NCBI RefSeq assembly: GCF_009914755.1
Contig: NC_060932.1
DNA: 64,000 bases
From: the human T2T-CHM13v2.0 reference genome, Homo sapiens
Reading direction: 5' to 3' (one strand)
Numbering within the stretch: position 1 is the stretch's first letter; every line of letters starts with the position of its first letter. A program made the translations under genes and the position numbers. Below the pieces are notes generated by a model that was not told where the DNA came from, did no database searches, and saw only the letters and a program-made list of their open reading frames with translations. Positions 30,711-45,792 of the stretch are shown here, piece by piece.

Positions 30711-31372
30711 AGGAAACTTATTTTTAAATGTATTAGCATCTTAGTTCTTTATCTCAATGGTTTGATGCCTTTCAATTTAAGGGCAAATATTCCTACACAT
30801 GTCAATATCTCACAAATTATTTATCTGCTCTAACACTAAACAGTAATTGATGTTTATAATAATGGAATTATTAATGCTGGAAGAGACCAGAGATAAACTG
30901 AACCTCATCTTCTCATTTAAAAAACTGAAGTCACATAGCAATGGTGTTGAAGAGCCAACCTTTTTGACCTACCTCCATGGCTCAGATGGAGTGTTTTCCT
31001 GTTATACTTGTATCTGAATTTGCCTACTGCTTTATAGTTACATTCAATTGAACTCTATAACTTTCTGATTTAATAAGGATTTAAACTACCTAATTATTTA
31101 GTGCTAAGACCATGGTTGAGTTTTATAAGACACTTCAAAAAATTGTACATGGGGTCATACACACAGGTGCAAACTAAAGGGGAGTTTAGATTGCTCATTG
31201 CTCTTCCAAGGTGAAATCACCATTTTATCTGATGACTTACAAATGAAAAATCTGGCCAATAAATCTATTTAGTCAGATTTCTCAACATTGTGAATGATCC
31301 TCCTGGTAGCCAGATATTATGTCTATCATGACATGACCGCTTATTTCATGTTGACTTGTTGTTCTGTGTGGA

Positions 31373-31407
31373 ACTTCCTGTGGCACTAGAGTTTTCTTAA
31401 GTATAAA
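31373..31407 (+). promoter_or_regulatory. Candidate alternative promoter motifs (ETS site and TATA box)
   Basis: ACTTCCTG at 31373-31380 and TATAAA at 31402-31407, about 165 nt upstream of the 120-nt exon candidate. Confidence 0.25.
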
Positions 31408-31571
31408 CCATTCCAAAATCACATTGTTATTATGGGTTGCTTTGTCCTCAGGCTCTGTAGGACTCCTTTTGGGCTATTGGTCTTTCAACATGCAGTTAGG
31501 GGATAAAAGTAAATCATTTAATCTATGCAGCATGTCACTCAATAGTATACTTTTGGAAATTGTTTCCACAG

Positions 31572-31691
31572 GAGCACCAGCGAAAGCAGCCAGTCTGAGA
31601 TATTGACACTACAGAAAAAACTGACAGCTTACTCCTTGTATTGATTCTACTCTTCTCTACAAATATAGACTCCGTTCCCTACCACAGCCTT
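31572..31691 (+). other. Candidate 120-nt non-coding (5'UTR) exon
   Basis: Acceptor ttgtttccacAG|G, donor CTT|GTAAGT; stops in all three frames, no ATG; lies in unique non-repeat DNA. Confidence 0.6.
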
Positions 31692-32949
31692 GTAAGTGGT
31701 GCCCGCTGAGGCTGCTAAATTGCTTTGTAAATTATTTATTACTTGGACACCTTGTAAAGACCTCTTTTCTTCTTGTCTGACTTGCTTGTGCTTTCGTATA
31801 TACTAAAAGGTCTCAAAGTGTACACTGACCACAACCTCCTTATGAAATCCTTTCCTTCCTATCTTTTATTGCAAATATGATCTTCCTTGCCCATATTATG
31901 ACTATGCCTTTTGTCATTGGTTTTTATTTCTGATCTATTGCTTATAAAATATCATAAATGTTTATATGCACGTTTGGAGCCTGGCACTGGGCACTTAATT
32001 AGCATATTCTCAAATTAGAAAGTTTGAAGTATTTAAAGAACATTTATTTAATGATGGGAAAGAGTTTCTATTAATAAAAACTGTTTATCAGAGCAAATGC
32101 ACATCTTTATTTGCACTTATGTGGTAGAGTCAATGTTCTGAAAAAGATGGCAAGTGTTTTCTCTCTTTTCTTGATTATTTCTTCTTACTTAGGTTTTATT
32201 TTGTGATTTTCTGAAGAATTTTTAAAATGTTCATAATGTAGATAATGAAAACAATATTTTTTGTCCAGTAAACAAAACAATTTGAGCAGATTGCGATTGT
32301 TCACTTTTAGCTAACTGAAACCATATACTCACATATAAAATACTCAATAGAAAACGTCTTCGCTTAATAATTTGCATTTTCCTGTCTCCCTCTCTTAGCT
32401 TCCTATATTAGTCAGCTCAGCACTAGTATAAATTTGGTGATTTAGGTCCAGAGTTATTTCAGTGCCTCTTATAGTTTGGAAATCCAAGAAGCTACTCCTC
32501 TCATCCATCCCTCAAAATTCATTAGTTTGTGTTTGGAAAGTACAGGATTTTCAATCTTGTCTCTGCCATTTATGAGTTCTATGACTTTAAGCAAGTAAAT
32601 TAGCCCTCATAAACATCAACTTCTACTATGAAATGAAGTAGTAATAATAATAGTAATAACATCTATCCCAAGGATTATTGGAAGAATAAATGTGGTATAT
32701 TTGGAGTGTTAGAACGGGCATATATTAGGTATCAGTGATGTTTACAACATGTTACTGATACAAAATTTTTTTACTTGAAGATTTACTTTTATGATAATTA
32801 TATTTTATACAATACCAATAAATACATGTTGAGAATAAAAAATGTAGTGAGTAATTATACACTAAAATCATAGTATCTTATAGGCAATTTTTTTAGGTCA
32901 TAGAAATTTGAGAAGCACAAAAACACACTTCTAAAATCACTATAATTCT

Positions 32950-33258
32950 TTTTCTTTTCTTTCCTTTTTTTTTTTAAGACAGGATCTGGCTCTGTTGCCC
33001 AGGCTGGAGTGTAGTGGTGCGATCTCCGCTCACTGCAACCTCTGTCTCCTGGGGATTCAAGCAATTCTCGTGCCTCAGCCTCCCAAGTAGCGGGATTACA
33101 GGCACATGCCACCACAGCCAGCTAATTTTTGTATTTTTAGTAAAGAAGGAGTTTCTTCATGTTGGCCAGGCTGGTCTCAAATACCTGACCTCAGGTGATC
33201 CATCCGTCTTGGCCTCCCAAAGTGCTAAGATTACAGGCGTGAGCCACCGCGTCAGGCC
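32950..33258 (-). mobile_element. AluS
   Basis: Reverse Alu; TSD atcact(a/g)taattct. Confidence 0.9.
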
Positions 33259-35779
33259 AGATCACTGTAATTCTCATTGAAATGGGAAATGCAAGTCGCT
33301 TAGAGGACTAAGGATTAGACCATGAAGACTTATAAGCAGAAGAGTCCAGCTATGTCTAGACAGGCCACTGTGGTTAAGAGATGGGCACACAAAGAACAAT
33401 GCTTGCCCCAAACAAGTGGTTTTAGACAGTGAGGCCCTTAGCCATAAGCTTGAAATCTGTTTCAATAATATCCTCTCCAGGCCAGGTTTACTCCAGAGCT
33501 GTGCTGGTTTTCTTGTAGACTGCTTTGTGCCAGCACATATTGCTATGACTTCATTTCATTTTTTCCTTACATACTGAAGGTAATCGCTTTTAAGATGAGT
33601 TTTCTACACCTGTTTTCATACTCAATTCCTGGCTTGAAATGCTTGTTTCTTTACATTATTCCAATGTTTCAAGGCCCAGTTCAAATGCCACCGCCCCACA
33701 CTGATCTAGTCACTCTTACTACTACCTACTTGTTTCCTCCTCTTCTAAATCCTTTCAGTTTTGATAGTATGCATTACCCTAAGTAGTGTCTGAGATCAGA
33801 TAGAGTGCTCTCTGGTTTAATAACTGTTTAATGTAAAACTATTCAGCTAGAAACCTGTAGGAGAGGGAAGAATCTTAATGAAAGATTAAAGGAGAAGCCA
33901 AAGGCTGGTTAAAGCAGAGTATTTTCAGATAAAATGCACAGTCTAAGCACCAGATGGGAGCATTATTGTGACCCCCCTATGTTTGCACATTTCACATATG
34001 TGTCCCATTCTCACCAATAATGATGGCCTTCACCACAACTTCTTTGTAGATTACATAACACTTGCACATAATTTATCTCATTTATTCCTCAAAGCAATTT
34101 TATGAGATGGGTCTCTTTATCCTCATTTTGTAGAGAAGAACCAAAGCCTAGAGGGGGTTACAATGATTTGTCCTGAGTCACACTGAAGTCCATTACTTTT
34201 ATTTTCTATCCATCCCAGCTGACCTTACACAGTGGCTCATCCTACCCTCACAGAAACCACTCAAGGAAGGCCAGAAAGATATTTCTGGCTTTGAATTATA
34301 AGCAAGGAGGCTGATTTCTCCTGAGAAAAAGTGAAAGAAAAACTTCTCATCCAAGCACTCTCTGCCTTTTCCCTTTTTGGAGCAGGGAGAGTGCAGTTCT
34401 CTGAACAATAAGATTGGTTTGACACAAAAAACAAGTGGAAGTCTGCACATGACTTTGTGCAAGAAATGCATGAGGGAACAGAGTTGGAATATGACTGAAA
34501 TATATATATATATATATACACTCACACACATAAATATGTATGTAGTCATATACATATGAATCATAAAATGCTTAAATATGTGTAAAAATATGTATTGAAA
34601 ACATGTAGATCTACCTTATTTTATATATATTTAGTAAAATTTGGGAAGAAGGGAAAATCTCATCATTGGAGTGGACCAAATTTGTGTTAAACAATTTTAG
34701 AAAAGACAGCAAGGTATATATCTGGAGGGAAAGGAACTATTAGACTGAACTGTACTGAGTAGATTGAGTTTCATGTCCTGGGAAGAAATGGAGGCTGGTT
34801 GGACACATGCTTCCCCATCCTGAAGAGTGCTTAGAAAAAGGCGTGCTTTCTTTCTCACAGAATGAATCATTGAGGCAAAAGCTATAAAGGTATATACAGC
34901 AAAATAGCTTTGCCAAATGTTTATACCATGGATATTTCCAACAAAAGTGTAAGAGATTGTCCATTTGACTGCATTCTTATCAATACTTGGTATTGTAATT
35001 GAAAAATAATAAAATGCTAGTTGGAAAAGTTAAAAAAAATTGTTTATAATGTTAAGTTTAGTATGAAAATTTTCTATATATTTGTTTACTAATTGCATTT
35101 CTTTTTTTAAAAAAGTATATTTTTAAATTTTCTGTTTTATCTATTTTTACAATAGTGTTTTAAAATCAACTTATGTAAGCTTCATAGTGTTTTTTACCTG
35201 TTTAAACAATGTTTGATAAGCATATATAATTCCTACTGATGATGATATATAACAATTAGAAAACTTTTTTGCTGAACTTGTTAATTTTATTAAGCCTGAT
35301 TATGTTTTAATTGTTATTCTTTTTCAAAAAAAATGTTTAAAAATTTGTCCCAAGCAATTGGGGGTACATTTTCTTTAATTTTCTCTGTTGTTACATTTTC
35401 CACTGAAAGCAAATTTGCAGACATATACATCAATGCCAAATAATAGAATCTACCCTCCATATATTAATATTTTTCCAATGTGATATCTCTGAGCAGCATT
35501 GTATTGCTATTTCAAATAGTAATAGTATATATTAGGAAAGCTGAATGATTATAAACTTACAGTTCATTCACAAAATTTACTAAGTTCATACTTTGTCGAA
35601 ACAATTGTAGAGAAATCAAAGTTGTCTAAAACATCAAACCTTCCTGCAAAGAGAAGACAGTTAATGAGATTATAAACATGTATTCAATACATTCACAAGC
35701 AGCATGAAATAAATGACAATAAAATTAGACAAAGTGTTATTTTTACACAGAGTAAGGAAAAAAGCTACTGCTCTCCCAT

Positions 35780-35783
<4 letters not shown>

Positions 35784-35837
<54 letters not shown>
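35784..35837 (+). repeat. (CA)27 microsatellite
   Basis: Perfect dinucleotide run. Confidence 0.97.
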
Positions 35838-35840
<3 letters not shown>

Positions 35841-37022
35841 TGACAATACACAAGGAGACCAAGAAAAAATCATGTGATAGATACGTGAAAATTTAAGTCA
35901 TTTTTATTGCCTGAAATAATGAGATGAACATTAATAAGGTCTTTTATTACAGTTGCATAAATTGGGCTTTAATTTGTGACCATTGAGAATTCTGCTCCAG
36001 ACTAAGGATTAAATTTGTTTTTATTGAACGTAATAAATAAAGATTACACATTAAAATATTATGAATCATGTGCATTTAGAAACAATCTTATCAAGGACCA
36101 GTATTGTGGTTTATTAGTTCTTGAAATTATCGCCTAGATTACTGCCTTGAACATAATAAGTGGTCATTATTTTTTTTTGAATGAATGAATGGTGGCAAAA
36201 TGTAGTATTTGAAAGGATTAACTTTTAGATAATACTAGTAATAGCATATGTAGAAATAAACATGCACTAAAATTATACATTTTATACAATTATAATTATA
36301 CAATTATAGAAAAATATATTTATTTAACAATAAACATCTCTACTTTAAAAAGGTAACAAAAACAGTGTTTATTTAAATTGACTTTGAATTATGACCTGCT
36401 ATCTATAAGCAAGGTGATGTTTTTGGTGTTAAGGAAACTATATAGTTTCATAGTTTGGTCTCCATCAATTAGTAAGTGTAAGTGATGCCAGTAGTACACT
36501 GGTATATCTTATCAAATAACAAAACACTGAAGACAGAATAAGATGAATATGATAGGAGAGAAAAAATGGCAGAGATTTTGGAACACAATGACTTTTGCTT
36601 ATTCTATTTATGCTTTTGCAACTGATTCACAGACTATGTTCCTAAAACTTAAACTAGTATCCTCCTACTCTTCTCATTGTGTCATCTTTGAAATCACCAA
36701 CAATGGTATTTCGTATCATGCAGAGTCATATAGAAAACTTTAATACAGGTGTAATATCTCTGAAGTTTCCATGTTTAATATCCCCATGTGATGGCATTCA
36801 CTATTATCACATTTTCTATAGATGTTAAGGATGGGAAGTTATTATTATATTAAAGAAGACTTTGGATTACTAACTTGTAATGTTTCTGTAGGCCTCAGAA
36901 TTCACTGTGCTGAGGAGCTAACAGGATCCTGACATTTAATTGTCTCTGCCTGAGCATTCTGTCAACTTTGGAACTTGTATGAGGCAAGTGTGATAACATA
37001 CATAAAGACAGAACACTTCTAA

Positions 37023-37279
37023 TTTTTTTTTTTTTTTTTTTTAAATACAGAGTCTCCTCTGTCACCCAGGCTGGAGCGCAGTGGTGCGATCTTGGTTCAC
37101 TGCAGCCTCAACCTCCCGAGTTCATGCAATTCTTGTGCCTCAGCATCCCAAGTAGATGAGCCCACAGGCCCGTCCCACCAGGCCTGGCTAATTTTTGTAG
37201 TTTTAGTAGAGACGAAATTTCACCATGTTGGCCAGTCTGGTCTCGAACTCCTGGCCTCAAGTGATCTGCCCGCCTTGGC
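37023..37279 (-). mobile_element. 5'-truncated Alu (J-like)
   Basis: Reverse Alu ending at gccttggc; TSD cactt(c/t)taatttt. Confidence 0.85.
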
Positions 37280-38890
37280 ACTTTTAATTTTGTATAATAA
37301 AATATTTGATACAAACATACACACTACATATGCAGTATAAAGAATAATACTGAAATAGGTACAATATAGCCCTTACCTTAATAAAGAAATGGAACAATAT
37401 CAATATTTCTATATTATTTTGTCCCTATTATTGATCAATTATTTATTCTCTCCCTCTTCAACAAAGTCTTTAAATTTTGTGAGCTACTGTATTATAGTTA
37501 TGAGCAGGTACTACTAATATCTAATAATTGAATGACAAAATATCTATGGGAAAAAAGTAATATCAAAACTAATATTTTAAAATCTGTTACTTCTTTAAAA
37601 GTAGTGTATATTTAAATCCAATTTTAATATAAGTAATATGCAAAAAATTTGAGAGATCCAGGAGATCCAGAAAATTATTCTGCAAGAAGAGTAAACAAAA
37701 TTTACCGTAAAATGTACTTCTTAAAGATAATTGGTTTTTAAAAAATACTATTCTAGTCACGGTTATCCTTTATTCTTTTTTTCTTGTCATGAGCTTTTCC
37801 TGATACCTACTGGCAGGGTTCTAGCAGCTTCCTGAATATATCTTAATATAATATATTTTTTTTCAACTCAGTGGATGTTACATTAACTTCATGGCACTGG
37901 AGGTCTTTTTGTTTATTTTTCCTGAGTCTGTCAAACCTTAACTGCTCACTCAAAAGCTTGACGTTACCAGTTTTTCTCAGGGCATTTTCAAACTCCTAGT
38001 TATTTTAAACAGCCACCAGAATTCTCCATCTCACAACTTTCAGAGGGGATTTACTCCAAAATCTTGGATTTCTTAATCTTGCATCTCTTCTTACCACTTA
38101 ATTTATTAAAAAAAGAATCTCTCTACAAAGCTCAAGAACATAACTGGTTGTCATGAAGGAGCTCCTATAATATTTGGTTTTTATTCCATGAAAATTAATA
38201 AGACTATAACCAGACAAGTGGAGAAAAAGACATAGAAAACATAGAAGCATATATAGAAATTATAACGAAGCAGCATCAAATACATTATTACTATATATAT
38301 ATATATATGGCATTAAAATATGTAAAGATAGGTTGTGCTATGTCTCTGATGACTGTCTAAAGTTTTGTGACTATGAGAAATGCAGTTTTTGGAAAAATGA
38401 AGAGCAGCAGTGTCTACTAGATTTAGAAACATTATCTTAACAACAAAATGCAAATTTTGTTGCAGAAAAGATATTTCCTCAGTTCCAATGCCCTATGATT
38501 CAGAAAAACCTAGTTGAGTAGGGGCTACAGCCCTTGGCTTGTTTCTCACTAGCTTTGATGGGGGTATATAAATGCTGTGTAGATGAGAAGGGCTTGAGGA
38601 CTAAGAACCAAACAGGGTTGTGTATTATCTCTGTTTTAAAACAAAGTCTGTTTTCTCTATTGGCAGAAAAGGTGGGTGTTTGTGTTCGTGTTTGTGTTTT
38701 TGGGTCATTAAAATACATTTAATTTTGTCAGGCAGAGGACACCACATCTGATTCCTTGTAAAAGGAAGTCATAACTGCTGGACACATAGAGACCAGGAGA
38801 GGGCTAGGTACTGCAGAGAAATTAAAAGAGGTATAAAGTACAATATATAATACACCTAATAATGTATTGAAGAAAAGGTAAAATGGTTTT

Positions 38891-39245
<355 letters not shown>

Positions 39246-39769
39246 CTAGAATTTTTTTTAATTAAAAGAACATTCTTATGCTATAATATGGTAAGTCAGT
39301 TTAGAAACTAAACTTAAATTGCATTTAATATTATCCTGTCTTTGATTTTGTTGTAAAATGTTTCAAAAAATGTATAAACACTACACAAAATTAATTGGAA
39401 TATGATTAATATAGTATACATATTAATAGAGACCCTACTGAAATTTTTAAAATAAATTTGAAGTATTCATACCACAGGCAAATGCTAGGACATTTGGGAC
39501 ACTTAGAATTTTTAAGTTCCACCATAGAATCCCTGTCGGCACACAAGACAAAAAAAAGATATGCTTAATGCAAGAGATACATATATTCTTATTTCAGCAA
39601 CATTATATATAAATCAAATTTCTCTAAATAAATAATATTTTTCTAATTATGTCTCTTCATTTTGAGGTATATTATTCAAAGCCCATATCCAATTTTTGGG
39701 TCTTCTATTAACTTGTTTGAAGTTAACAAGGAACAAAAAAGCAATGAAAGTCCACTAGGAACAGTAAAG

Positions 39770-42470
39770 TTTCATAACAAATTTGATAACTTAGATGAAA
39801 TGGACAAATTTCTAGGAAGACACAAAGTATCAAATCTGACTCAAGTAAAAATAGCAACTCTGAATAGGCTTATAATATGTAAGATAATTAAATTAGTGAT
39901 CAAAAACATTCCCGCAAAAAAAGTCCAGGATTATATGACTTCACTGGTGAATTCGAGCAAGTATTTAAAGACAAATTGTCACAAATCCTTTGAAAACACT
40001 TCCAAAAATTGAAAAGAAGGAAACACAACTTATTATATGAGGCCAATATTACCCTGATAACAAAACCAGATGAAGATATCAAAAGAAAAAAAATTGACAG
40101 ACCAGCAATCTTATGAATATAAGTGCAAAAAATCCTCAACAAAATACTGTACTAGCAAGCCAAATACAACAACAGAAAAAAAGGATTATCTATCATAATC
40201 AAGTGGGCTTTATCTCACAAATGAAAGGGTGGTTCAACATTAAAAAATCAATGCACACTAAAAGAATAAAGAACAAAAACCACATGATCATCTCAGTAGA
40301 AACAGAAAAAGCATTTTACAAAATACAACACACTTTTAAGAAACAACACTTAAAAAGCCAGAAATACAAGTGAACTTTAGCAACCAAATAAAGTATATTT
40401 ATGGCAAACTCACATCAAACATCAAACAAATGCTGAAATATTTGGAGTCAGGGACAAGATAAGAATGTCTGTTTTTGCTACTTCTATTTAGCATTTTACT
40501 GGAAGTTCAAACCAGGGCAACTAAGCAAGAAAAAGAAAGAAAAGGTGTCCAGATTGGAAATGAAGAAGTAAAACTATGTCAATTTGCAGATGACATGATG
40601 TTTTATATAGAAAGCCCCAAGAAATCCCTCAGTAGCTATTCAAACTACTAAATGGGTTCAACAGGGTTATAGGATAGATACAAGGTTAATATACAAAAAT
40701 TAGTTTAATTTCTATACATTAGCAAACAACAGTCAGAAGGTGAAATAAGAAAATAATTTCATTAACAATAGCTTAAAAATAATAAAGTACTAAGAAACAC
40801 ATTTAACAAAAGAGATACAAGACTGTACACTAAAAACTACAAGCATTATTGAGAGAAATGGAAGAATTCCTTAATAATTGGAAAGACATCCCATGTTCAT
40901 GGATTGAAAGATTTAATATATATGTAAGATGGCAATACTCCACAAATTGATTTACATATTTAACATAGTCCTAACAAAATTCCAGTTGTCTTTTTTTTGC
41001 AGACCTTGACAAGCTGATAATAAAGTTCAGATGAAAATTCAAGAGACCTAAAATATGCAAAAAAGAAAATTTAACAACAACAAAAGAACACAGCTGAATG
41101 ACCCACACTTTCCAATTTCAAAACTTACTAGAAAGGTACAGTAATTAAAGCTGTACAGTACTAACATAAGAATAGATATATAGATTAATGAAATAGAATT
41201 TAGAGTCCAGTGGGGGGAAAAACTCATATATTCATGATAAATTGATTTTGACAAGGGCACCAAGACAATTCAAGTGAGAAACAATAGTCTCTTCAAAAAA
41301 TGGAGATAGGACAACTGGAAATTTACATGCCAAAAAATAATGTTGAATGCCTACGTGACATAACATACAAAAATTAACTAAAAGTGATCAATGACACAAA
41401 TGCAACTGCTAAAACTATCAAATCCTTAAAAGAAAACATATTCATGAGCTTGTATTAGGCAATGGACTATTAGATATCACACTAAAAGCACAAACTACAA
41501 AAGAAAAAATAAATTAGACTTCACCAAAATTAACCATTGTGCTTCAAAAGACATTATCAAGAAAGTGAAGAGACAATTCATCGAATGGGAGATAATGTTT
41601 ACAAATCATATGTCAGATAAGGGTCTTGTATCCAGAATATATAAAGAACTCTTACACTGCAGCAACAATACAATGAAAACTCAATCAAAAATGGGCAAAG
41701 GATTTGAATAGATGTTACTTTAAAGACGATATATAAACGAACAATAAGCACATGAAAAAATGTCCAACATCGTTAGTCATTAGGAAAATGCAATTTAAAA
41801 CAATGAGACAATGCTTTACATCCCCCACAATGGCTATAATGAAAAAGGCAGAAAGTAACGAGTGTTGGTGAAGATGTGGAGAAATTGAAATCTCATGTAT
41901 TACTGGTTGGAATGTAAAATGGCCAACTGCTCTGGGAAAATGTTTAGCAGTTTTTCATAAAGACAAACATAGAGTTACCATATGATCTAGCAATTTCTCT
42001 CTAGAACATGTACCCAAGAGCATTTAAAATACATGTTCATATGAAAAAATATGTAACAATGTCTATAGCATTGTTCATAAAAACTGAATAGTGGAAATAA
42101 TTTGTATTTCCATCAGCTAACATATGGATAAGAAAATGGGTTATATTCATATAATAGAATATCATTCAGCCATAAAAAAATGAAGTGTTGATACCTATTA
42201 CAACATGGATTAGCCTTGAAAACATTACACTAAGTGAAACAAGACACACATGCACACAAAATATTGTACAATTCCCTTCAGATGAAATGTCCAGAATGAG
42301 AAAATTTAATAGAGAAAGAATATTGATTAGTATTTTTCAGAGGCAAGGGGAGGGAGGTCGGGCATGACTGTTAATGTATATTGGTTTTTTGAGGACTGAT
42401 GAAAATGTTTTGAAATTAGAGACTGGTAATGTTTGTCCAACCTTTTGAATACACTTAAAGCTACTAAATT
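39770..42470 (+). mobile_element. L1MB-type LINE-1, degenerate ORF2 (RT/C-terminal) plus 3'UTR
   Basis: ORF remnants NKFDNLDEMDKFL and [20 protein letters not shown]; tttgcagatgacatg (FADD motif); 3'UTR gatgaaaatgttttgaaattag. Many frameshifts. Confidence 0.9.
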
Positions 42471-42647
42471 ATAAATAAATATAATAAACATGTATCTATA
42501 TATAAAATGTGTTTATAGTTTATCATATATAATTATATTAGAATTTATCCTGGGAAATTGTAATAAAAAAGACTAACAAGGGAAGAATAATGAATACTAC
42601 CAGATTTTAAAACATATTATAAAACTACAGGAATTTTAAAAGTTTAC

Positions 42648-42930
42648 AGCTGGCCAAGGTGGCTCATACCAGTAATCCCAGCACATTGGGAGGCCAATGT
42701 GGGGGGATCACTTGAGTCCAGGGGTTTGAGACCAGCCTGGGCAAGATAGGGAGATCGTATCTCTACAAAAAATAAAAATAAAAAAAATAATCCAGGCATG
42801 GTATGCACACCTGTAGTCCCACCTACTTGGGAGGCTGAGGCCAGAGGCTCAGCCCAGGAGTCTAAGGCTGCAGTGAGCTATGATTATGCCACTGCACTCC
42901 AGCCCAGCTGACATAGTGAGATCCTGTCTC
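42648..42930 (+). mobile_element. AluJ
   Basis: ggatcacttgagtccagg, gctgcagtgagctatgatt. Confidence 0.85.
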
Positions 42931-43277
42931 AGATAACAAAATGTTTGGTAACATTTGGTACATAATAGACAGATCGATAAGTTGAAACAGAATCCAAATG
43001 TACTCCAAAACACACACATATAGTTTTGTTATTTTTTTCACATGAAAAATTATTGTTGAAGAGATTTTGTTCAGTAATAGTGTGTAGACATTTGGTTCGC
43101 ATTCCATCAGAGAAAAAAATTACATCCCTTACCAACTTCACATATTATGCCAAAATATATCCCAGATAAAACAAATTTTTTAAAGAAATGTTTTTTAAAT
43201 TGACAAATTAAAATGGTATATATTTATGGTATACAACATTGGTGTTTTGAAATACGTATCTATCTTGGAATGACTGA

Positions 43278-43640
<363 letters not shown>

Positions 43641-44639
43641 CTGAAGTCTATGTTCTTGGTGATTTGCAAGTATTATTAACTATGGTCAGCATTTATACAA
43701 TAGATTTCTCAAATTTAAAAACAAAGTTTTAAACATAAAATAAAGTATATATAAAAGTTGTGTGAAAGACAGAGAATTGAGAGAACATGTTTTCCCTAAT
43801 CCTCATGAGGATACCCTGTATAAACACAGTAAAACATAGAGATAACAAATAATAAAATTTGACTTGATGAATTTTATAAACCTGCATTACAAAAATAGCA
43901 GTTTATAGCATATTTTAGGTAAATGTTAATTTTAATATGTAAAGAGATTTTATCAAGTGACAAGAAAATAGCAAACAGCCTAATGGGCAAAGGACAAAAA
44001 CACGTAGGTCAAAAGAAAAAGTAAGCTTTTAAACATATACTAAAACGCCTCATCCTGTACAAATAATTAAAGAAGCACAAGGGTAAGCAACAATGTAATA
44101 CTACTCTTACCATTCAGTTTTTAAACATGTCTTTTAATATTTGGTATAGAAGAGGTTGTGGAAAAACAGGCATTCTATTATGATATATTGTTGGAGTGTG
44201 TGTAATTATTATAATTGCTTTGAAGTAATTTGACCTAAAAAATTTGACCTATACCTTTCGCTCAGAAATTCTTCCTTTAGAAAGACACCCATTGTTAGCA
44301 ATTACATTTGTAGGCTATTCATGATATTGTCTGTAATAGCAAAAGTCTGAAATTGTCTGTTAGTAGGGGAGTAGTCCAATATACGATGATATGGATATAT
44401 TTTCAAACAAAATATGCAAAACAAAATGCATATTGTAACATATTTGTACTTTGAAAGTACACAAACACTTATACTCATGCAGTTTTTACTTGCATACACT
44501 TTTTCTGGACAGATACATAGTATCTACAAAATTGTGAGATATTATTAGGAAGGGCAGCAGGGGGTTCTGGAAGGAAAAAGAGATTACTTTTCATATAGAA
44601 AACTTCATAGGTAAATCATTCTCAAATATTAAAAACAAT

Positions 44640-44890
44640 TTTCTGTGGTAAAGGAAAGCACTAGTTGAGAGAGCAGACTTTGACATTAGATAGCCCTGTG
44701 TTTGTGTTTGGTTTTGCTGCTTACTAAGCCTTGGGCAATTACTAAATGCTCTAAGCCTCAATTTCCTCTTTGTAAAATAAAGAGAAAAATGGCGATCACC
44801 TACAGAGCTATAAGTATTCAATGAGTTAAAACATGTAAAGTAACACAGAGATGTCACAGATTGATCACTTAATTAATGCCATATTATTTT
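44640..44890 (+). mobile_element. MIR
   Basis: ccttgggcaattactaaatgctctaagcctcaatttcctctttgtaaaat...tgagttaaaacatgtaaag. Confidence 0.75.
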
Positions 44891-45467
44891 TATTACTAAT
44901 AGTAAGAGTGATAGTTCAAGAGAGTTGGGTGTACAGTGTCTCTGGCTTCCAGTGAGAGATGTTGTCAAGATATTCTTACAACAGCTTCTGGTCTAGATCA
45001 GAGCTTTTTATCCATAGTGCTGTGATAAGCTAATGTGTCACAATCATTGTTGTTTGTGTTCTGAATAATTTGTTACTTATAATACTTTACTGAAGTTTGA
45101 GGTTTGTTGTATGTTAGAGCTGAATCAGTGTTGTACCTATAAATACCCTTACTCTCTTGAATTATGAAATGATTTTTTGAGTCTGACAAAGAGGAGTGGA
45201 GTCCTTATAGTACTTATAGGAGTGGAGAACTTACAGAGTTCTGAAAACTGCTAATAACTCTGGGTATGCCAGTGAGAATGTGTCATGTATGAGAAAATCA
45301 CATGGTCACAAGCTGTAATCTTTTGCTGTGGATGGGAACCAGTTTAAAGCTAGTAAAGAGGAAGTTCCAGGTAATCTAAAGGCCTAGGAGTCATTGTGGG
45401 TTATGTTTAGAATACATGAGTCTAAGTTGTCTCCATAATCCTAAAAGCTAATAAAATTCTGGGTGTA

Positions 45468-45719
45468 TTGGGAGGCCGAGGCAGGTGGATCATTTGAGGT
45501 CAGGAGTTCCAGACCAGCCTGGCCAACATGGTGAAACCCTGTCTCTACTAAAAACACAAAAATTAGCCAGGTGTGGTGGCATACATCTGTGGTCCCAGCT
45601 ACTCAGGAGGCTGAGGCAGGAGAATCCCTTGGACCAGGAGGCACAGGTTGCAGTGAGCTGAGATTGTGCCACTGCACTCCAGGCTAGGTGACAGAGTAAG
45701 ACTTTGTCCAAAGCACACA

Positions 45720-45773
<54 letters not shown>

Positions 45774-45792
45774 AAAAACAACAACAAAAAAA
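45468..45792 (+). mobile_element. 5'-truncated AluS with (AC)26 in its tail (45721-45772)
   Basis: Starts at ttgggaggccgagg; tail replaced by an AC repeat and an A-rich stretch. Confidence 0.9.

Noticed and set aside
39662-40373. Reverse-transcriptase-like ORFs as part of a novel RT system
   Set aside because: They are frameshifted remnants of ordinary LINE-1 ORF2.
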